Source of the DNA: Deltaproteobacteria bacterium
GTDB taxonomy: Bacteria > Myxococcota_A > Polyangia > Fen-1088
Assembly (NCBI GenBank): GCA_033763315.1
Contig: JANRKS010000019.1
Location: forward strand, 160,001-224,000
DNA: 64,000 bases
Direction of reading: 5' to 3'
This document shows positions 46,367 through 56,536 of the stretch, in pieces. Below the pieces are notes generated by a model, which worked only from the letters and a program-made list of their open reading frames with translations, made no database searches and was not told the origin of the DNA. Position 1 is the stretch's first letter. The number at the start of each line of letters is the position of its first letter. The translations under genes were made by a program, and so were the position numbers.

Positions 46367-46998
46367 GTTTTCTCATCAAGGTTTGCGGCGTCACGCGCCC
46401 TGAAGACGCGGAATTGGCGGTGTCCTTGAAGGTGGACGCCATTGGCCTCAATTTTTGGCGGGGCTCAAAGCGCTATGTCAACGACGATCTGGCCAAGGAG
46501 ATCTTGTCGACCGTGCCAGCCAATGTGTTGAAGGTGGGTGTTTTCGTGAACGCGCACCCATTGGTGGTCGAAGAAACGTTGGCCGACCTTAAGTTGGATC
46601 GCGTGCAGTTGCACGGCGACGAGCGCGTGGCCGATTGGGCTCACATTGGTAGCCGCAAACTCATCCGCGCCTTACGCGTGCATGATGAAGCGTCGCTCAA
46701 GGAGGGCCTCGTTTGGGACGCGAGTCTGTATATTTGCGACGCCTATAGCGAATCATTCGGTGGGTCGGGCAAAGTGGCCCCGTGGCCGCTGATTGCGGAT
46801 CTGGCGCCACGTCCGTTCTTGTTGGCGGGTGGCCTCACGGCTGAAACCGTGGTGGAAGGGATGAAGGCCACGCGGCCCAACGGCGTTGATGTGGCCAGCG
46901 GCATCGAAACAGGTGAGCCCGGCGTCAAAGATCACGCGAAAATGCGGCAGTTTGTGGAGATCGCGCGCGAGGCATCTCGCACGCTGGGGCTGCGCTAA
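46363..46998 (+). CDS. trpF: Phosphoribosylanthranilate isomerase
   Basis: IKVCGVT, QLHGDE, GGSG, LAGGL, GVDVASGIE. Confidence 0.96.
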   Translation: MSFLIKVCGVTRPEDAELAVSLKVDAIGLNFWRGSKRYVNDDLAKEILSTVPANVLKVGVFVNAHPLVVEETLADLKLDRVQLHGDERVADWAHIGSRKLIRALRVHDEASLKEGLVWDASLYICDAYSESFGGSGKVAPWPLIADLAPRPFLLAGGLTAETVVEGMKATRPNGVDVASGIETGEPGVKDHAKMRQFVEIAREASRTLGLR

Positions 46999-47013
46999 GC
47001 TTCGCGTTCGTGG

Positions 47014-47649
47014 CTACGTCATGATCACGCGGCCCGAGGGCCCACGGCCTTCGCGCAACACCTGAATCCAGTCATCCACCAAACTGACCACAGTTGAGGG
47101 CGGTCCCGACAAAGAGCCCGCGTCGAGAATTAGGTCCAACTCGTTGCCGTATTCGGCGCGGATTTCATCAGCCGTGGTCAGCACCTGGCCGTCACGCGAC
47201 TTGGCTGTGGCCGTCAAGATCGGGCGGCCGAGCGCCCACAGCAGCTTCTCGCACAACGGGTAATCAGGAATGCGGATGCCGATCGTGTTGCGCTCTGGAT
47301 TGAGGTAGGGATTTGGCACCCGCGGCGACGCGTTCAGTTCGACACAATACGGACCCGGAAAGATGCGGTTCAAAACCCGGTAGCCATTGCCGGTGATCTT
47401 CGCCCAACGTGCCACTTCGCCCAGATCAGGCAACAAGAAGGTGAGCGGCCGCCGAACCGCATCGATGCCTCGCATGGCGTGTATGCGGTCAATGGCTTCG
47501 GTGCTGCCCAAGGCGCAACCGATGCCATAAAGCGTGTCGGTGGGCAACGCAATCACGCCACCGCCGTCCAAGACCTTCACAGCCTCAGCCACCACTTCCT
47601 CCCCAGGAGAATAGGGAGCAACCTCCAAAACAGACGCCACGATGCTCAT
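47014..47649 (-). CDS. Sua5/YrdC/YciO family protein (threonylcarbamoyl-AMP synthase-like)
   Basis: ALPTDTLYGIGC, FPGPY, IGIRIP, PSTVV, LREG. Confidence 0.85.
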   Translation of the reverse strand: MSIVASVLEVAPYSPGEEVVAEAVKVLDGGGVIALPTDTLYGIGCALGSTEAIDRIHAMRGIDAVRRPLTFLLPDLGEVARWAKITGNGYRVLNRIFPGPYCVELNASPRVPNPYLNPERNTIGIRIPDYPLCEKLLWALGRPILTATAKSRDGQVLTTADEIRAEYGNELDLILDAGSLSGPPSTVVSLVDDWIQVLREGRGPSGRVIMT

Positions 47650-47777
47650 AAGCTCACAAACACGTTTTCAATGCCACCAGAGTCCGGCGCGTCTTATCCG
47701 ATGAGGTTCGCAGAGGCAAGTACGGATGCCGCCTGGTGTGGAATTTGTTTCGGCGCCCCTAAGCGCTGCTAAGGTTT

Positions 47778-49763
47778 GTGTGGCCTATGTCGCTTTGGGC
47801 GATCCTTTCCTTCTTGCGTTTGGTCACCTGGGGCGCTGTGCCGCCGCCGGCCCCGGTTGAGAGCGCGGCGACCGCTGTTACGATTGACGGGCCGCTGGCG
47901 CATGTAACCGTGGATCGCGTTGTGTCGTTGGCCAGCCTCAGGGTGCCGAACACGGGGGGGATGTCGGCTTTCGATTATGCGTTGCCCGCCAACGCTCGGG
48001 CCGTTGCCATCGAGGTGGCCGATGCCGAGTCCGGCGCGCCGGCGACGAACTGGTCCAAGGAGGCGGACCGCCCGCCGGAAGGCGCCCAAAAGATCCCCAC
48101 TGATCCGTCTTCCACGTTTCGGCTGGTGTTCCAAGGAGGAAACGGCCGTACGTATGTGCACGTTCGTTATTCTTATGATTTACCGCTCGATTGTGATGCG
48201 GGCCGGTGGCACTTCACGTTGCCGGGAGCCACTGACCTTGCGCCCCTGGGAGGGCCGTTACGGCTAGACGTGCGCCTGCCTACGCCGCTGCGCTTGCATG
48301 CCACGCAGGTGGGCGGCCAACGCAGCGATGTGGGCGGGGCCGCGCGGTGGCGTGGCGAAAGCCTTCTTGGCCCGCAGACCTCAACCGATGTGTGGCTTGA
48401 GCTTGTACAGCCACGCGGCACAAACCCCGGTCTCGCCCAAGCCCTGGCTCTTGCGTCGTCGCTTGGACTTTGCAGGGCGCCGGCACCGCCCCCCGTGACC
48501 AAAGCCGCGGTTGTAATGGTGGTGGTGGATTTATCTCGCAGTGTTGGTGCCGTGGGGCTTTCACATGAGCGCGAGGTCGTACGCTCATTTTTGGCGGGTC
48601 TTTCGCCCGACACGCTGTTCAACGTTGTTATGTTCCACCGGCACGCTTCGCCCCTGTTTCCGCTCGCGCGGCTGGTGACCAAGGAGACGCTGGCCATGGT
48701 GGACACCGCGCTCGTTCCCGATCGCTTGGACAACGGCAGCGACGTGGTGGCTGGCCTGCAGGTGGCCCGGCAGCAGCTGGAGGCCGAACAGAAGGAGGAT
48801 CCGCAGCGTGGCGGGCTGCTCTTGCTGGTCACTGATGGCTCACTGCCGGAGACGCTGCGTGCGGCTTCCCTGCGCGCCGTGGCGCCGGCTGTGCCCACCG
48901 CGGTGGCCTTGGTGCGCCCCGATAGCGATGAGGTGGCTCCGACAGTAGCGCAAGCGCTTCTGAGGCAACTGCCCGCACTGGCAGGAGGCGTGTTTCGCTC
49001 AGTGACACCGCCCAAGGTCGCGCTGCAAGCTCGCGCGATGGCTTCCGCCCTCGCCGTGGGCGACTGGTTCGACCTGCGTTGGGGGGAAACATCGGTGGCA
49101 CCGGTGTTGGCACCGGGGCAGGGCCTGCAGGTGCAGGTGGCGCAGCCGCGCAACCGCACGGCCCCCCAGCTCACGTATGTTCATGGTGGCAAGACGTACG
49201 TTGTGGACGTGGCCACCGCACGGCCGTCCCAGCGTAAGGCGGATGCCTCTGTTGGTGGTGCCGCTTCGACCCAATTGCCCTCGGGCGTTCAGGTATACCG
49301 GTACCCGCTGGCGCCGCCGGACGAGGCGGTGTTGGAGAAAGGCGAGTTGGAGCGCTCCGTTCTGCGCAACGCTTTGTCGTTGGCCTACCTGCCACGGGCC
49401 CGCGCCTGTTACCTCAACCGAACGGCCCGGGACGCGCGAAGCCGGGACCTTGCAGGTCGTGTGAGGCTTTCGCTAGAGATCGAACGGGGCGAGTTGCTGT
49501 CGGCCACGGTGATTTCGTCGACGCTCGGCACACCCGATATTGAACGCTGCCTTGTAGAAAATGCTTATGCCCTCATTCTGCCAAGGCCGTCACGGCGGGA
49601 CGCTTCGGTGCAGGCACTTTTGAACCTGGTGTTCCGGCCTTCGCCGCCCGAAGGCCCCCCGGACGGAGGCGCTTCTGTGCTCGACCAAGAAATTGAGATC
49701 CTGCTTGGCCCGCGCCGTGTGCTAGACCCCGCCAACCCGGGTGCTTCATTGCCTGGGATCTGA
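47778..49763 (+). CDS. VIT-like + VWA domain protein with C-terminal AgmX/PglI (TonB-C-like) domain
   Basis: MIDAS VVDLSRS, FNVVMF, LVTDG; C-terminal RACY...LAGRVRLSLEI..G....V..STL....IERCL. Confidence 0.65.
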   Translation: MWPMSLWAILSFLRLVTWGAVPPPAPVESAATAVTIDGPLAHVTVDRVVSLASLRVPNTGGMSAFDYALPANARAVAIEVADAESGAPATNWSKEADRPPEGAQKIPTDPSSTFRLVFQGGNGRTYVHVRYSYDLPLDCDAGRWHFTLPGATDLAPLGGPLRLDVRLPTPLRLHATQVGGQRSDVGGAARWRGESLLGPQTSTDVWLELVQPRGTNPGLAQALALASSLGLCRAPAPPPVTKAAVVMVVVDLSRSVGAVGLSHEREVVRSFLAGLSPDTLFNVVMFHRHASPLFPLARLVTKETLAMVDTALVPDRLDNGSDVVAGLQVARQQLEAEQKEDPQRGGLLLLVTDGSLPETLRAASLRAVAPAVPTAVALVRPDSDEVAPTVAQALLRQLPALAGGVFRSVTPPKVALQARAMASALAVGDWFDLRWGETSVAPVLAPGQGLQVQVAQPRNRTAPQLTYVHGGKTYVVDVATARPSQRKADASVGGAASTQLPSGVQVYRYPLAPPDEAVLEKGELERSVLRNALSLAYLPRARACYLNRTARDARSRDLAGRVRLSLEIERGELLSATVISSTLGTPDIERCLVENAYALILPRPSRRDASVQALLNLVFRPSPPEGPPDGGASVLDQEIEILLGPRRVLDPANPGASLPGI

Positions 49764-49767
49764 ACGC

Positions 49768-49796
49768 TTGACGGCCGGGGGCACGGGGACTATAAC
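49768..49796 (+). promoter_or_regulatory. Sigma70 promoter of rplC
   Basis: TTGACG - 17 bp - TATAAC. Confidence 0.7.
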
Positions 49797-49845
49797 TTGC
49801 CGCCCTTACGGCACTTTCGCATTTCGTCCGGGAGATTTCTGAGCA

Positions 49846-50613
49846 ATGTCGCTGAAGATGGGCCTGTTAGGCCGCAAAGTTGGAATGACCCAGGTTTTCT
49901 GGGAAGACGGCACCGCGCTTGGCTGCACGGTTCTTGAGCTTGGTCCCTGTGTGGTGACCGAGGTGCGCAGCCAAGACAAAGACGGCTACTCTGCCGTTGC
50001 ACTGGGATTGGGCGCCAAGCCAGATCGCCTCCTGAATCGCCCGGAGCAAGGCCGCTTGAAGGCGTTGCAGGCCAAAGCCGGTGAGGACAAGAAGGTTGAA
50101 AACTTGCCTCGCACCGTGCGCGAACTGCGTTTGAACCCTGCCGATGCGTCGAAATACGCCGTCGGCAGCGTGCTCTCCGCCAAGGACGTCTTCAAAGAGG
50201 GCGACGTGGTTGACATCACGGGCAACAGCAAGGGCAAAGGCTACCAGGGCGTTATGAAGCGCCACAACATGGAGGGCTTCCGCGCCACCCACGGTACGCA
50301 CGAGTTCTTCCGCCACGGTGGTTCGATCGGTTGCCGTTTGACGCCAGGTCGCGTTCACAAGGGCAAACGCATGTCGGGCCGCATGGGCAATGAAACCTGC
50401 ACGACTGCCAACTTGGTTGTCGTCAAGGTGCTCGAAGATCAGAACGTCGTGCTCGTGAAGGGCTCCGTTCCTGGTCCCGCCAATGGTTTGGTCTTGGTCA
50501 AGGGCAGCATGAAGGACGTCAAGCGCGTCGCTGTGAAGGGCCCTGTAAAGGAGACCGAGTCGAAGAACCCAATGAAGGCCTCCAAGAAGGGCGCTCCTTC
50601 AAAGAAGAAGTAG
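49846..50613 (+). CDS. rplC: 50S ribosomal protein L3 (standalone, Lys-rich C-terminal extension)
   Basis: GRKVGMTQVF, SKGKGYQGVMKRH, THG, GSIG, MSGRMG, KGSVPG. Confidence 0.96.
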   Translation: MSLKMGLLGRKVGMTQVFWEDGTALGCTVLELGPCVVTEVRSQDKDGYSAVALGLGAKPDRLLNRPEQGRLKALQAKAGEDKKVENLPRTVRELRLNPADASKYAVGSVLSAKDVFKEGDVVDITGNSKGKGYQGVMKRHNMEGFRATHGTHEFFRHGGSIGCRLTPGRVHKGKRMSGRMGNETCTTANLVVVKVLEDQNVVLVKGSVPGPANGLVLVKGSMKDVKRVAVKGPVKETESKNPMKASKKGAPSKKK

Positions 50614-50644
50614 CCTCCGCAAGATTGGCCCTTGGTTCGGCCTT

Positions 50645-50680
50645 GTCAAAGCCCGCGGCAACGCGGGCTTTGGCGTTTCT
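50645..50680 (+). terminator. Terminator after rplC
   Basis: CAAAGCCCGCG-GCAA-CGCGGGCTTTG followed by GCGTTTCT. Confidence 0.65.
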
Positions 50681-50697
50681 GGTAGAAAACAAAGCAC

Positions 50698-51321
50698 ATG
50701 TCTCGTCTTCGCGACCGCGGCGCTCGTCACGACGTCTTCTTCAAGAAGGCGCGCGATCAAGGTTTTGCCGCGCGCGCCGTGTTCAAGTTGGAAGACCTGG
50801 ACAAGAAGTTGAACCTGCTGCGGGCTGGTGAGCGCGTGCTTGATCTAGGATGCCGCCCTGGCTCTTGGCTGCAGTACGCGGCGTTGCGTGTGGGCCCCCA
50901 TGGCAAGCTCGTGGGCATCGACCGTTTGCCCATGCCCGCCGATATTCCGGGCGCTCGCATCGTGCTTGCCGATCTTTACGAAACGCCTGACGACGTGTTG
51001 CTGGGCGAGCTGGCCGCGTTCGACGTTGTCCTTTCGGATATGGCGCCGGACACCACCGGCATTCGAAGCACCGATCAGGCGCGATCTGCGGCGCTGGTGG
51101 AAGAGGCCCTGGGGCGCGCGGAGCGTCTGCTCGCACCGGGCGGCGCCTTTGTGGCCAAAGTCTTTCAAGGGCCTGACGTGGAGATCATTCGCAAGCGGAT
51201 GGAGAAGCTGTTTGCGACGGTGCGATTGGTAAAGCCGGAAGCGTCTCGCAAGATCAGCACCGAACTTTACCTCGCCGGCAAAGGCTTCGCGCCCGCGGCG
51301 GCTGTGGACGAACGGCGGTAA
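50698..51321 (+). CDS. rlmE: 23S rRNA Um2552 methyltransferase (FtsJ/RrmJ)
   Basis: RAVFKL, VLDLGCRPGSW, VLSDMAP, FVAKVFQG, KPEASR..STELY. Confidence 0.93.
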   Translation: MSRLRDRGARHDVFFKKARDQGFAARAVFKLEDLDKKLNLLRAGERVLDLGCRPGSWLQYAALRVGPHGKLVGIDRLPMPADIPGARIVLADLYETPDDVLLGELAAFDVVLSDMAPDTTGIRSTDQARSAALVEEALGRAERLLAPGGAFVAKVFQGPDVEIIRKRMEKLFATVRLVKPEASRKISTELYLAGKGFAPAAAVDERR

Positions 51322-51327
51322 CGGCGG

Positions 51328-53082
51328 ATGCAGCCTGTGGCGCGACCGCCCCGCATCGCCAAGTTACCGTCCGCTCTGATCGATCAAATTGCGGCCGGCG
51401 AGGTGGTGGAACGCGCCGCTTCGGTGGTCAAGGAGCTGTGTGAAAACAGCCTGGACGCGGGGGCCCGTCGCATCGACGTGGAATTGACCGCGGGCGGTCG
51501 CACCGCCATCCGCATCGTTGATGACGGCTTCGGCATGACCGCCGAAGAGGCGCGCTTGGCGCTTGAGCGTCACGCCACGTCCAAGATCAAACAGGAAAGC
51601 GATCTGTGGGGTGTTGAAACGTTTGGTTTTCGCGGCGAAGCGTTGCCATCAATCGCTTCGGTGTCGCGGCTGACACTGCAAACCCGGCCCCCTGACGCGC
51701 AAGAAGGGTTTCTGTTGCGGGTTGAGGCGGGGCAGGAAACCGATGCCCGTGCCTGCGGCATGCCTCAGGGCACACAAATTGAAGTGCGTGATCTGTTTTT
51801 CAACACGCCGGCGCGTCTCAAATTCCAAAAGACGGAGGCCACCGAAACAAGCAATGTCTCGGAAGCTTTGTTGCGCTTGGCGGTGGCGAACCCTGACGTG
51901 CATTTTCGTTTGCGCGCCAATGGGCGTGTGCTGCTGGATCTGCCGCCACACAGAGATCTCAGTGAACGTGTGCGCGCGGCGTTGGCCAAACGCGGGGCAG
52001 GCGTGTTGCACGAAGCCGTGGGCGATGAAAACGGGGTTGCTGTGCACGCATTCCTGGCCGAGCCGGCCTGTGCGGCCAGCACCACACGCAACACGTTTAT
52101 GTTTGTGGGGCGTCGCTTCGTGCGTGATCGATCGCTGCTGCAAGCGCTCTCGATGGGGTATGGCGAGCTCATCGAGAAAGGGCGATACCCGTTAGCCGTG
52201 TTGTTCGTGGATGTGGCGGGCGAGGATCTCGATGTGAACGTACACCCGCAAAAAATGGAAGTTCGGTTCGCGCAGCCACAACCGGTGTACGCGGCGGTGC
52301 GGCACGTGGTGCAATCCTCGATCGCAACCGCGCCGTGGGCGGCCTCGGCCACGGCACGCCCCTATAGTTTTCCTCCTTCCACCCATTCGAAGGCCAGTGC
52401 GCGCGCGGCCGAACATGCGCCGCCGCGACACGTGCCTGCGCGTGCGCCCTCGTTGACCGATGCGCCCGTCGCCAATCTGGATCAAGTGTTCAAGGTGTAT
52501 CCCCTGCCGGCGCTCCCCCCATCCAACGCACCGCTGGGGTCACTTGGCACGCTGCCGTTCGTGGGGGTGTTTGCCAGGCGCTACATGCTGCTCGAAGAGC
52601 CCGGCGTGGGGCTTCTGATGATTGATGGCGAAGCGGCGGGGCACGCGATCCTTTTGGCGAAGTTGCAGCGTGCACTGCTTGGGGGGCCGTTGGCCGCGCA
52701 GCGTTTGCTGTTCCCCATCCCGGTGTCCGTCGATGCCGTGGCGGCGGCATGGGTAGGCCGATCGCCCGCCGCGCTTGCCCCCTTAGGCTTTGATGTCGAA
52801 GTGTTTGGCTCCGAAAGCATCTTGGTGCGTGCTGTGCCCGAGCTGTTGTCGCATTCAGATCCCAAACCCTTGCTGTCTGCCGCGTTGTCGGCATTGCTGG
52901 CCGGGCAACAGCCCACCTTCGCGTTGGCAAACATGGTTGCCTGCGCGCCTGTCGTGCGGCTTTTAAATGAACGGGACGCGCAAACGCTGTTGCAACAATT
53001 GGACACGCTGGGCGTGAACGCGCAGGCCTTTGTGGCGAGGCTTGGGATCGATGAACTCGCAGGTCGGTTCGGCCGATCATGA
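51328..53082 (+). CDS. mutL: DNA mismatch repair protein MutL (C-terminal endonuclease motifs degenerate)
   Basis: IAAGEVVER, KELCENSLDAGA, GFRGEALPSI, DVNVHPQK; upstream of miaA. Confidence 0.93.
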   Translation: MQPVARPPRIAKLPSALIDQIAAGEVVERAASVVKELCENSLDAGARRIDVELTAGGRTAIRIVDDGFGMTAEEARLALERHATSKIKQESDLWGVETFGFRGEALPSIASVSRLTLQTRPPDAQEGFLLRVEAGQETDARACGMPQGTQIEVRDLFFNTPARLKFQKTEATETSNVSEALLRLAVANPDVHFRLRANGRVLLDLPPHRDLSERVRAALAKRGAGVLHEAVGDENGVAVHAFLAEPACAASTTRNTFMFVGRRFVRDRSLLQALSMGYGELIEKGRYPLAVLFVDVAGEDLDVNVHPQKMEVRFAQPQPVYAAVRHVVQSSIATAPWAASATARPYSFPPSTHSKASARAAEHAPPRHVPARAPSLTDAPVANLDQVFKVYPLPALPPSNAPLGSLGTLPFVGVFARRYMLLEEPGVGLLMIDGEAAGHAILLAKLQRALLGGPLAAQRLLFPIPVSVDAVAAAWVGRSPAALAPLGFDVEVFGSESILVRAVPELLSHSDPKPLLSAALSALLAGQQPTFALANMVACAPVVRLLNERDAQTLLQQLDTLGVNAQAFVARLGIDELAGRFGRS

Positions 53083-54014
53083 TCACGCCCGCATCTTCAT
53101 CGAAGGGCCTTGTGGTGATGGCCTTCTTGGGGCCGACGGCTTCAGGCAAAAGTGAGCTTGCGATGGACTGGGCGCAACGCTTCGATTGCGAGATCCTGTG
53201 TTGCGATTCGATGCAGGTCTATAAGGGCCTCGACATTGGCACAGGCAAACCGACGCGTGAAGATCAAGCAGCGGTCCCTCATCACCTGCTCGATGTGGTA
53301 ACGCCCGACCAGGAGTTTCACGCAGGCGCTTGGGCACGGCAGGCGCGTGTGTTGGTGGAGCAGATCTTGTCGCGGGGGCGCTGGCCGTTGGTGGTGGGCG
53401 GCACGGGCCTTTACTTTCGTGCACTCACGCAAGGCCTGTTCGATGCTCCACCAGCGGATCCCGAGATTCGCGCGCGGCACAAAGCTGAGGCTGACGCGGA
53501 AGGTGTGCCCATGCTGCATGCGCGTTTGGCAACGATTGATCCCGAGGCGGCGGCCCGCATTTCGCCCAACGATCTGGTGCGCACAAGCCGCGCGCTTGAG
53601 GTGTGGGAGCAGACGGGCGTTCCGATCACGGTTCTGTGGAAGAAGGCTGAACCCACCGTGCCGGTACACGCCTTTCGCGTTCTGTACGATCGCGACCCTG
53701 ACGAGCTTCGACAGCGCATTGATCGACGGGTTGAGGCGATGATGGCTGCGGGCTTTCTCGCAGAGGTGAAGGGGCTGCGCGCGCGAGGCTATAGCGGCGC
53801 GCGGGCGTTGGCGGGGCTGGGGTATAAAGAGCTCAGCCAGCACCTTGACGGCCAGTTGGACTTGGCGGCCGCTGTGGCGGAAATAAAGAAGAACACGGCC
53901 TACTATGCGCGGCGCCAACGCACGTGGTTTCGCAAAGACGCCCCGGAAGTGCGCCTTTCGGGCAGCGTCGACATGGAAGCTTTGACAGCGATGGTCAAGG
54001 CGTGGCTTGCGTGA
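53079..54014 (+). CDS. miaA: tRNA dimethylallyltransferase
   Basis: GPTASGKS, DSMQVY, GGTGLY, RALEV, YARRQRTWF. Confidence 0.96.
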   Translation: MITPASSSKGLVVMAFLGPTASGKSELAMDWAQRFDCEILCCDSMQVYKGLDIGTGKPTREDQAAVPHHLLDVVTPDQEFHAGAWARQARVLVEQILSRGRWPLVVGGTGLYFRALTQGLFDAPPADPEIRARHKAEADAEGVPMLHARLATIDPEAAARISPNDLVRTSRALEVWEQTGVPITVLWKKAEPTVPVHAFRVLYDRDPDELRQRIDRRVEAMMAAGFLAEVKGLRARGYSGARALAGLGYKELSQHLDGQLDLAAAVAEIKKNTAYYARRQRTWFRKDAPEVRLSGSVDMEALTAMVKAWLA

Positions 54015-54136
54015 AACCCACACGTTGGGTGGGGCCCCACAGCGCGTGACCGTCGGGGCAGCGCGTTGTGCAGAAAAGACAAACATTCGCCCCTTGTCAT
54101 CGGGCGCAAACGACCCCAGTATCACCGGTCTCCCGC

Positions 54137-55138
54137 ATGGAGACCAAAACTGAAAAACCAGTGGACGGCCCAACCCTCGATTTCGAGCGTCCGATCGTTG
54201 AACTCGAAAAACGCATCGATGAACTGCAGCAGCTCACCGGCGCCGAGGTTGATCTCCAAACGGAAATCAAAGCGCTGCAAAAGCGCGTAGAGGCCCTACA
54301 GCGCAAGATCTTCGACGATCTTTCGCCCTGGCAGCGCGTGTTGCTGTCTCGTCATCCAAGCCGCCCATACACGCTTGATTACATCAGCCGCTTGTTCACG
54401 GACTTCACGGAACTGCACGGCGATCGCCGTTTTGCAGACGATCCGGCCATCGTGGGGGGCTTTGCGCATTTCGATGGCGAATCGGTCTTGGTGTTGGGCC
54501 ACCAAAAAGGTCGCACAACCAAGGAAAACGTTCATCGCAATTTCGGCATGCCGAAGCCCGAGGGGTACCGTAAGGCGTTGCGCCTCATGGAGCTGGCGGG
54601 ACGTTACGGCCGGCCAATCATTTGCTTCGTAGACACTGCCGGTGCTTATCCTGGGCTCGACGCCGAAGAGCGCGGCCAAGCGGAGGCCATCGCGAAGAAC
54701 CTTGAGGTTATGTCGAGCTTGCCCGTACCGATCCTGTGCGCGGTGATCGGCGAGGGTGGCTCGGGTGGCGCGTTGGCCTTGGGCGTGGCCGACCGCATCT
54801 TCATGTTGGAGAACTCGGTTTACTCCGTGATTTCTCCGGAAGGTTGCGCTTCGATCTTGTGGCGAGACGACACCCAAAAACCGCTGGCCGCCGAAGTCAT
54901 GAAGATCACGGCCAACGATCTCAAGCGCCTGCAGATCATCGATGAGGTGATCCCCGAAGCACGCGGCGGAGCGCATCGTGATTGGGACGCCACCGCGCTG
55001 AATCTGAAAGAAGTGTTCTCGCGCAGCTTACGGGAGTTGGCGAAGCTCAGCGTGCAAGAGCTAAAAGACGAGCGATACCGCAAGTTCCGCCAAATGGGCC
55101 AGTTCGTGGAAACCACCGAACGCGGGCGTTCGTTGTGA
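54137..55138 (+). CDS. accA: Acetyl-CoA carboxylase carboxyltransferase alpha subunit
   Basis: [46 protein letters not shown]. Start ATG 54137. Confidence 0.96.
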   Translation: METKTEKPVDGPTLDFERPIVELEKRIDELQQLTGAEVDLQTEIKALQKRVEALQRKIFDDLSPWQRVLLSRHPSRPYTLDYISRLFTDFTELHGDRRFADDPAIVGGFAHFDGESVLVLGHQKGRTTKENVHRNFGMPKPEGYRKALRLMELAGRYGRPIICFVDTAGAYPGLDAEERGQAEAIAKNLEVMSSLPVPILCAVIGEGGSGGALALGVADRIFMLENSVYSVISPEGCASILWRDDTQKPLAAEVMKITANDLKRLQIIDEVIPEARGGAHRDWDATALNLKEVFSRSLRELAKLSVQELKDERYRKFRQMGQFVETTERGRSL

Positions 55139-55168
55139 CTTCCGCTGTGAAGAGAAAAGGGTAGCGCC

Positions 55169-56158
55169 ATGAGCAAACGACCACAAAGTCCCGGTGCCGA
55201 AGAAATCCTTGGCCAATACTTTCCGGTGTTGGATCACGGATTCGTTTCGCTCGTGGATTACATGGGCAGCGACGAAGACATCGAGCGCGCCGCACGTGTG
55301 AGTTACGGTTACGGCACCCGCAAGCAAAACCTGACGCGCGGATTGATTCGATACCTGCGCCGCCACAAGCACACCACGCCCAGCGAAATGGTGGAGCTGA
55401 AATTTCACTGTTGCATGCCTATGTTCATCGCCCGGCAGTGGATTCGTCACCGCACGGCGAACGTGAACGAGTATTCGGGTCGCTACAGCTTGATGCCGAT
55501 GTTGTTCTACTCGCCTGAGAACGCGCAGCTGCAAACGCAAAGCCGCGCGAACAACCAAGGGCGCAGTGGGCAGCCTGTGGATCCGAACCTGTATGCGGAG
55601 GCCACGCGGCGTTGGCAAGGCATCCGGCGTGATTCAGCCGCTGCTTATGAATGGCTCACCGAACAAGACGTGGCACGCGAATTGGCGCGCATCGATTTGC
55701 CGTTGTCCACCTACACGCAGTGGTATTGGAAGATCGATCTGCACAACCTGTTGCACTTCTTAACGCTGCGGGTGGATTCGCACGCGCAATGGGAGATTCA
55801 AGAGTACGGCCGCGTGATGGCGGGCATGCTCAAGCGTGTGGCGCCGCTGTCTTACGAAGCGTGGATCGATTACGACGTATGCGGTGGCCACATGTCGCGC
55901 ATGGAGTTTGACGTCATTCGCCGCTTGGTCACGTCTGAAGGTGACGGCATCACGGGGCGCGAAGGCGCGTTGACGAAGCAGCAACTGCTTGATGGTGGCC
56001 TGTCGGCGCGCGAAGTGGCTGAGCTGCTGCTGAAGCTGCGGCCTAAAGCGGTGCCGGACTTCGAGTTGGATCTGAGCCAAGCGAAAAGCGGCGAGTACTT
56101 CGCCGAGCGCTTTGCTGCAGCTGTTCCCAAGGGTGACAAGTCACCCGCCGAGTCATAG
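55169..56158 (+). CDS. thyX: Flavin-dependent thymidylate synthase
   Basis: AARVSY, HTTPSE, RHRTANVNEYSGRY (RHRX7SXR), ARELARIDLP, LRVDSHAQWEI. Confidence 0.95.
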   Translation: MSKRPQSPGAEEILGQYFPVLDHGFVSLVDYMGSDEDIERAARVSYGYGTRKQNLTRGLIRYLRRHKHTTPSEMVELKFHCCMPMFIARQWIRHRTANVNEYSGRYSLMPMLFYSPENAQLQTQSRANNQGRSGQPVDPNLYAEATRRWQGIRRDSAAAYEWLTEQDVARELARIDLPLSTYTQWYWKIDLHNLLHFLTLRVDSHAQWEIQEYGRVMAGMLKRVAPLSYEAWIDYDVCGGHMSRMEFDVIRRLVTSEGDGITGREGALTKQQLLDGGLSAREVAELLLKLRPKAVPDFELDLSQAKSGEYFAERFAAAVPKGDKSPAES

Positions 56159-56200
56159 CTAGACGGGGCCCCGCCTTTGGAGAGCAGGCCGGGACCTGCG

Positions 56201-56467
56201 TTATTCTTCGGGCTTGGGCGGCGGCTGCGTGGGGATGCGGTACATCCCCGTGCGACGCGGCTTGAGCATGTTGGGGAGCTCGGACAAGGCGCGGTCCAGG
56301 GTGACGGGCTCTTCAGGCACGGCCACGTCAGCGTCGAAATCGAGCAGGTCGCCATCGGTGCGGGCGCGAAGCCGGCGGGCGTAATCCAAGGCTTTCCGAA
56401 TCGATTGTTCGGAGACGCCTGCGTCAAAACGATCCGCTGTGTCTTTGCCTCGCGTACTACCAGACAT
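56201..56467 (-). CDS. Small hypothetical protein
   Basis: MSGSTRGKD...EQSIRKALDYARRLRAR; fills the gap between tatD and thyX. Confidence 0.45.
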   Translation of the reverse strand: MSGSTRGKDTADRFDAGVSEQSIRKALDYARRLRARTDGDLLDFDADVAVPEEPVTLDRALSELPNMLKPRRTGMYRIPTQPPPKPEE

Positions 56468-56536
56468 CGTTGTTGCCCCCGAAGGAACGCAAAGTATGTG
56501 CGCGGCGCCAATGGGGGTCAATTCAATTCAAAGCGC

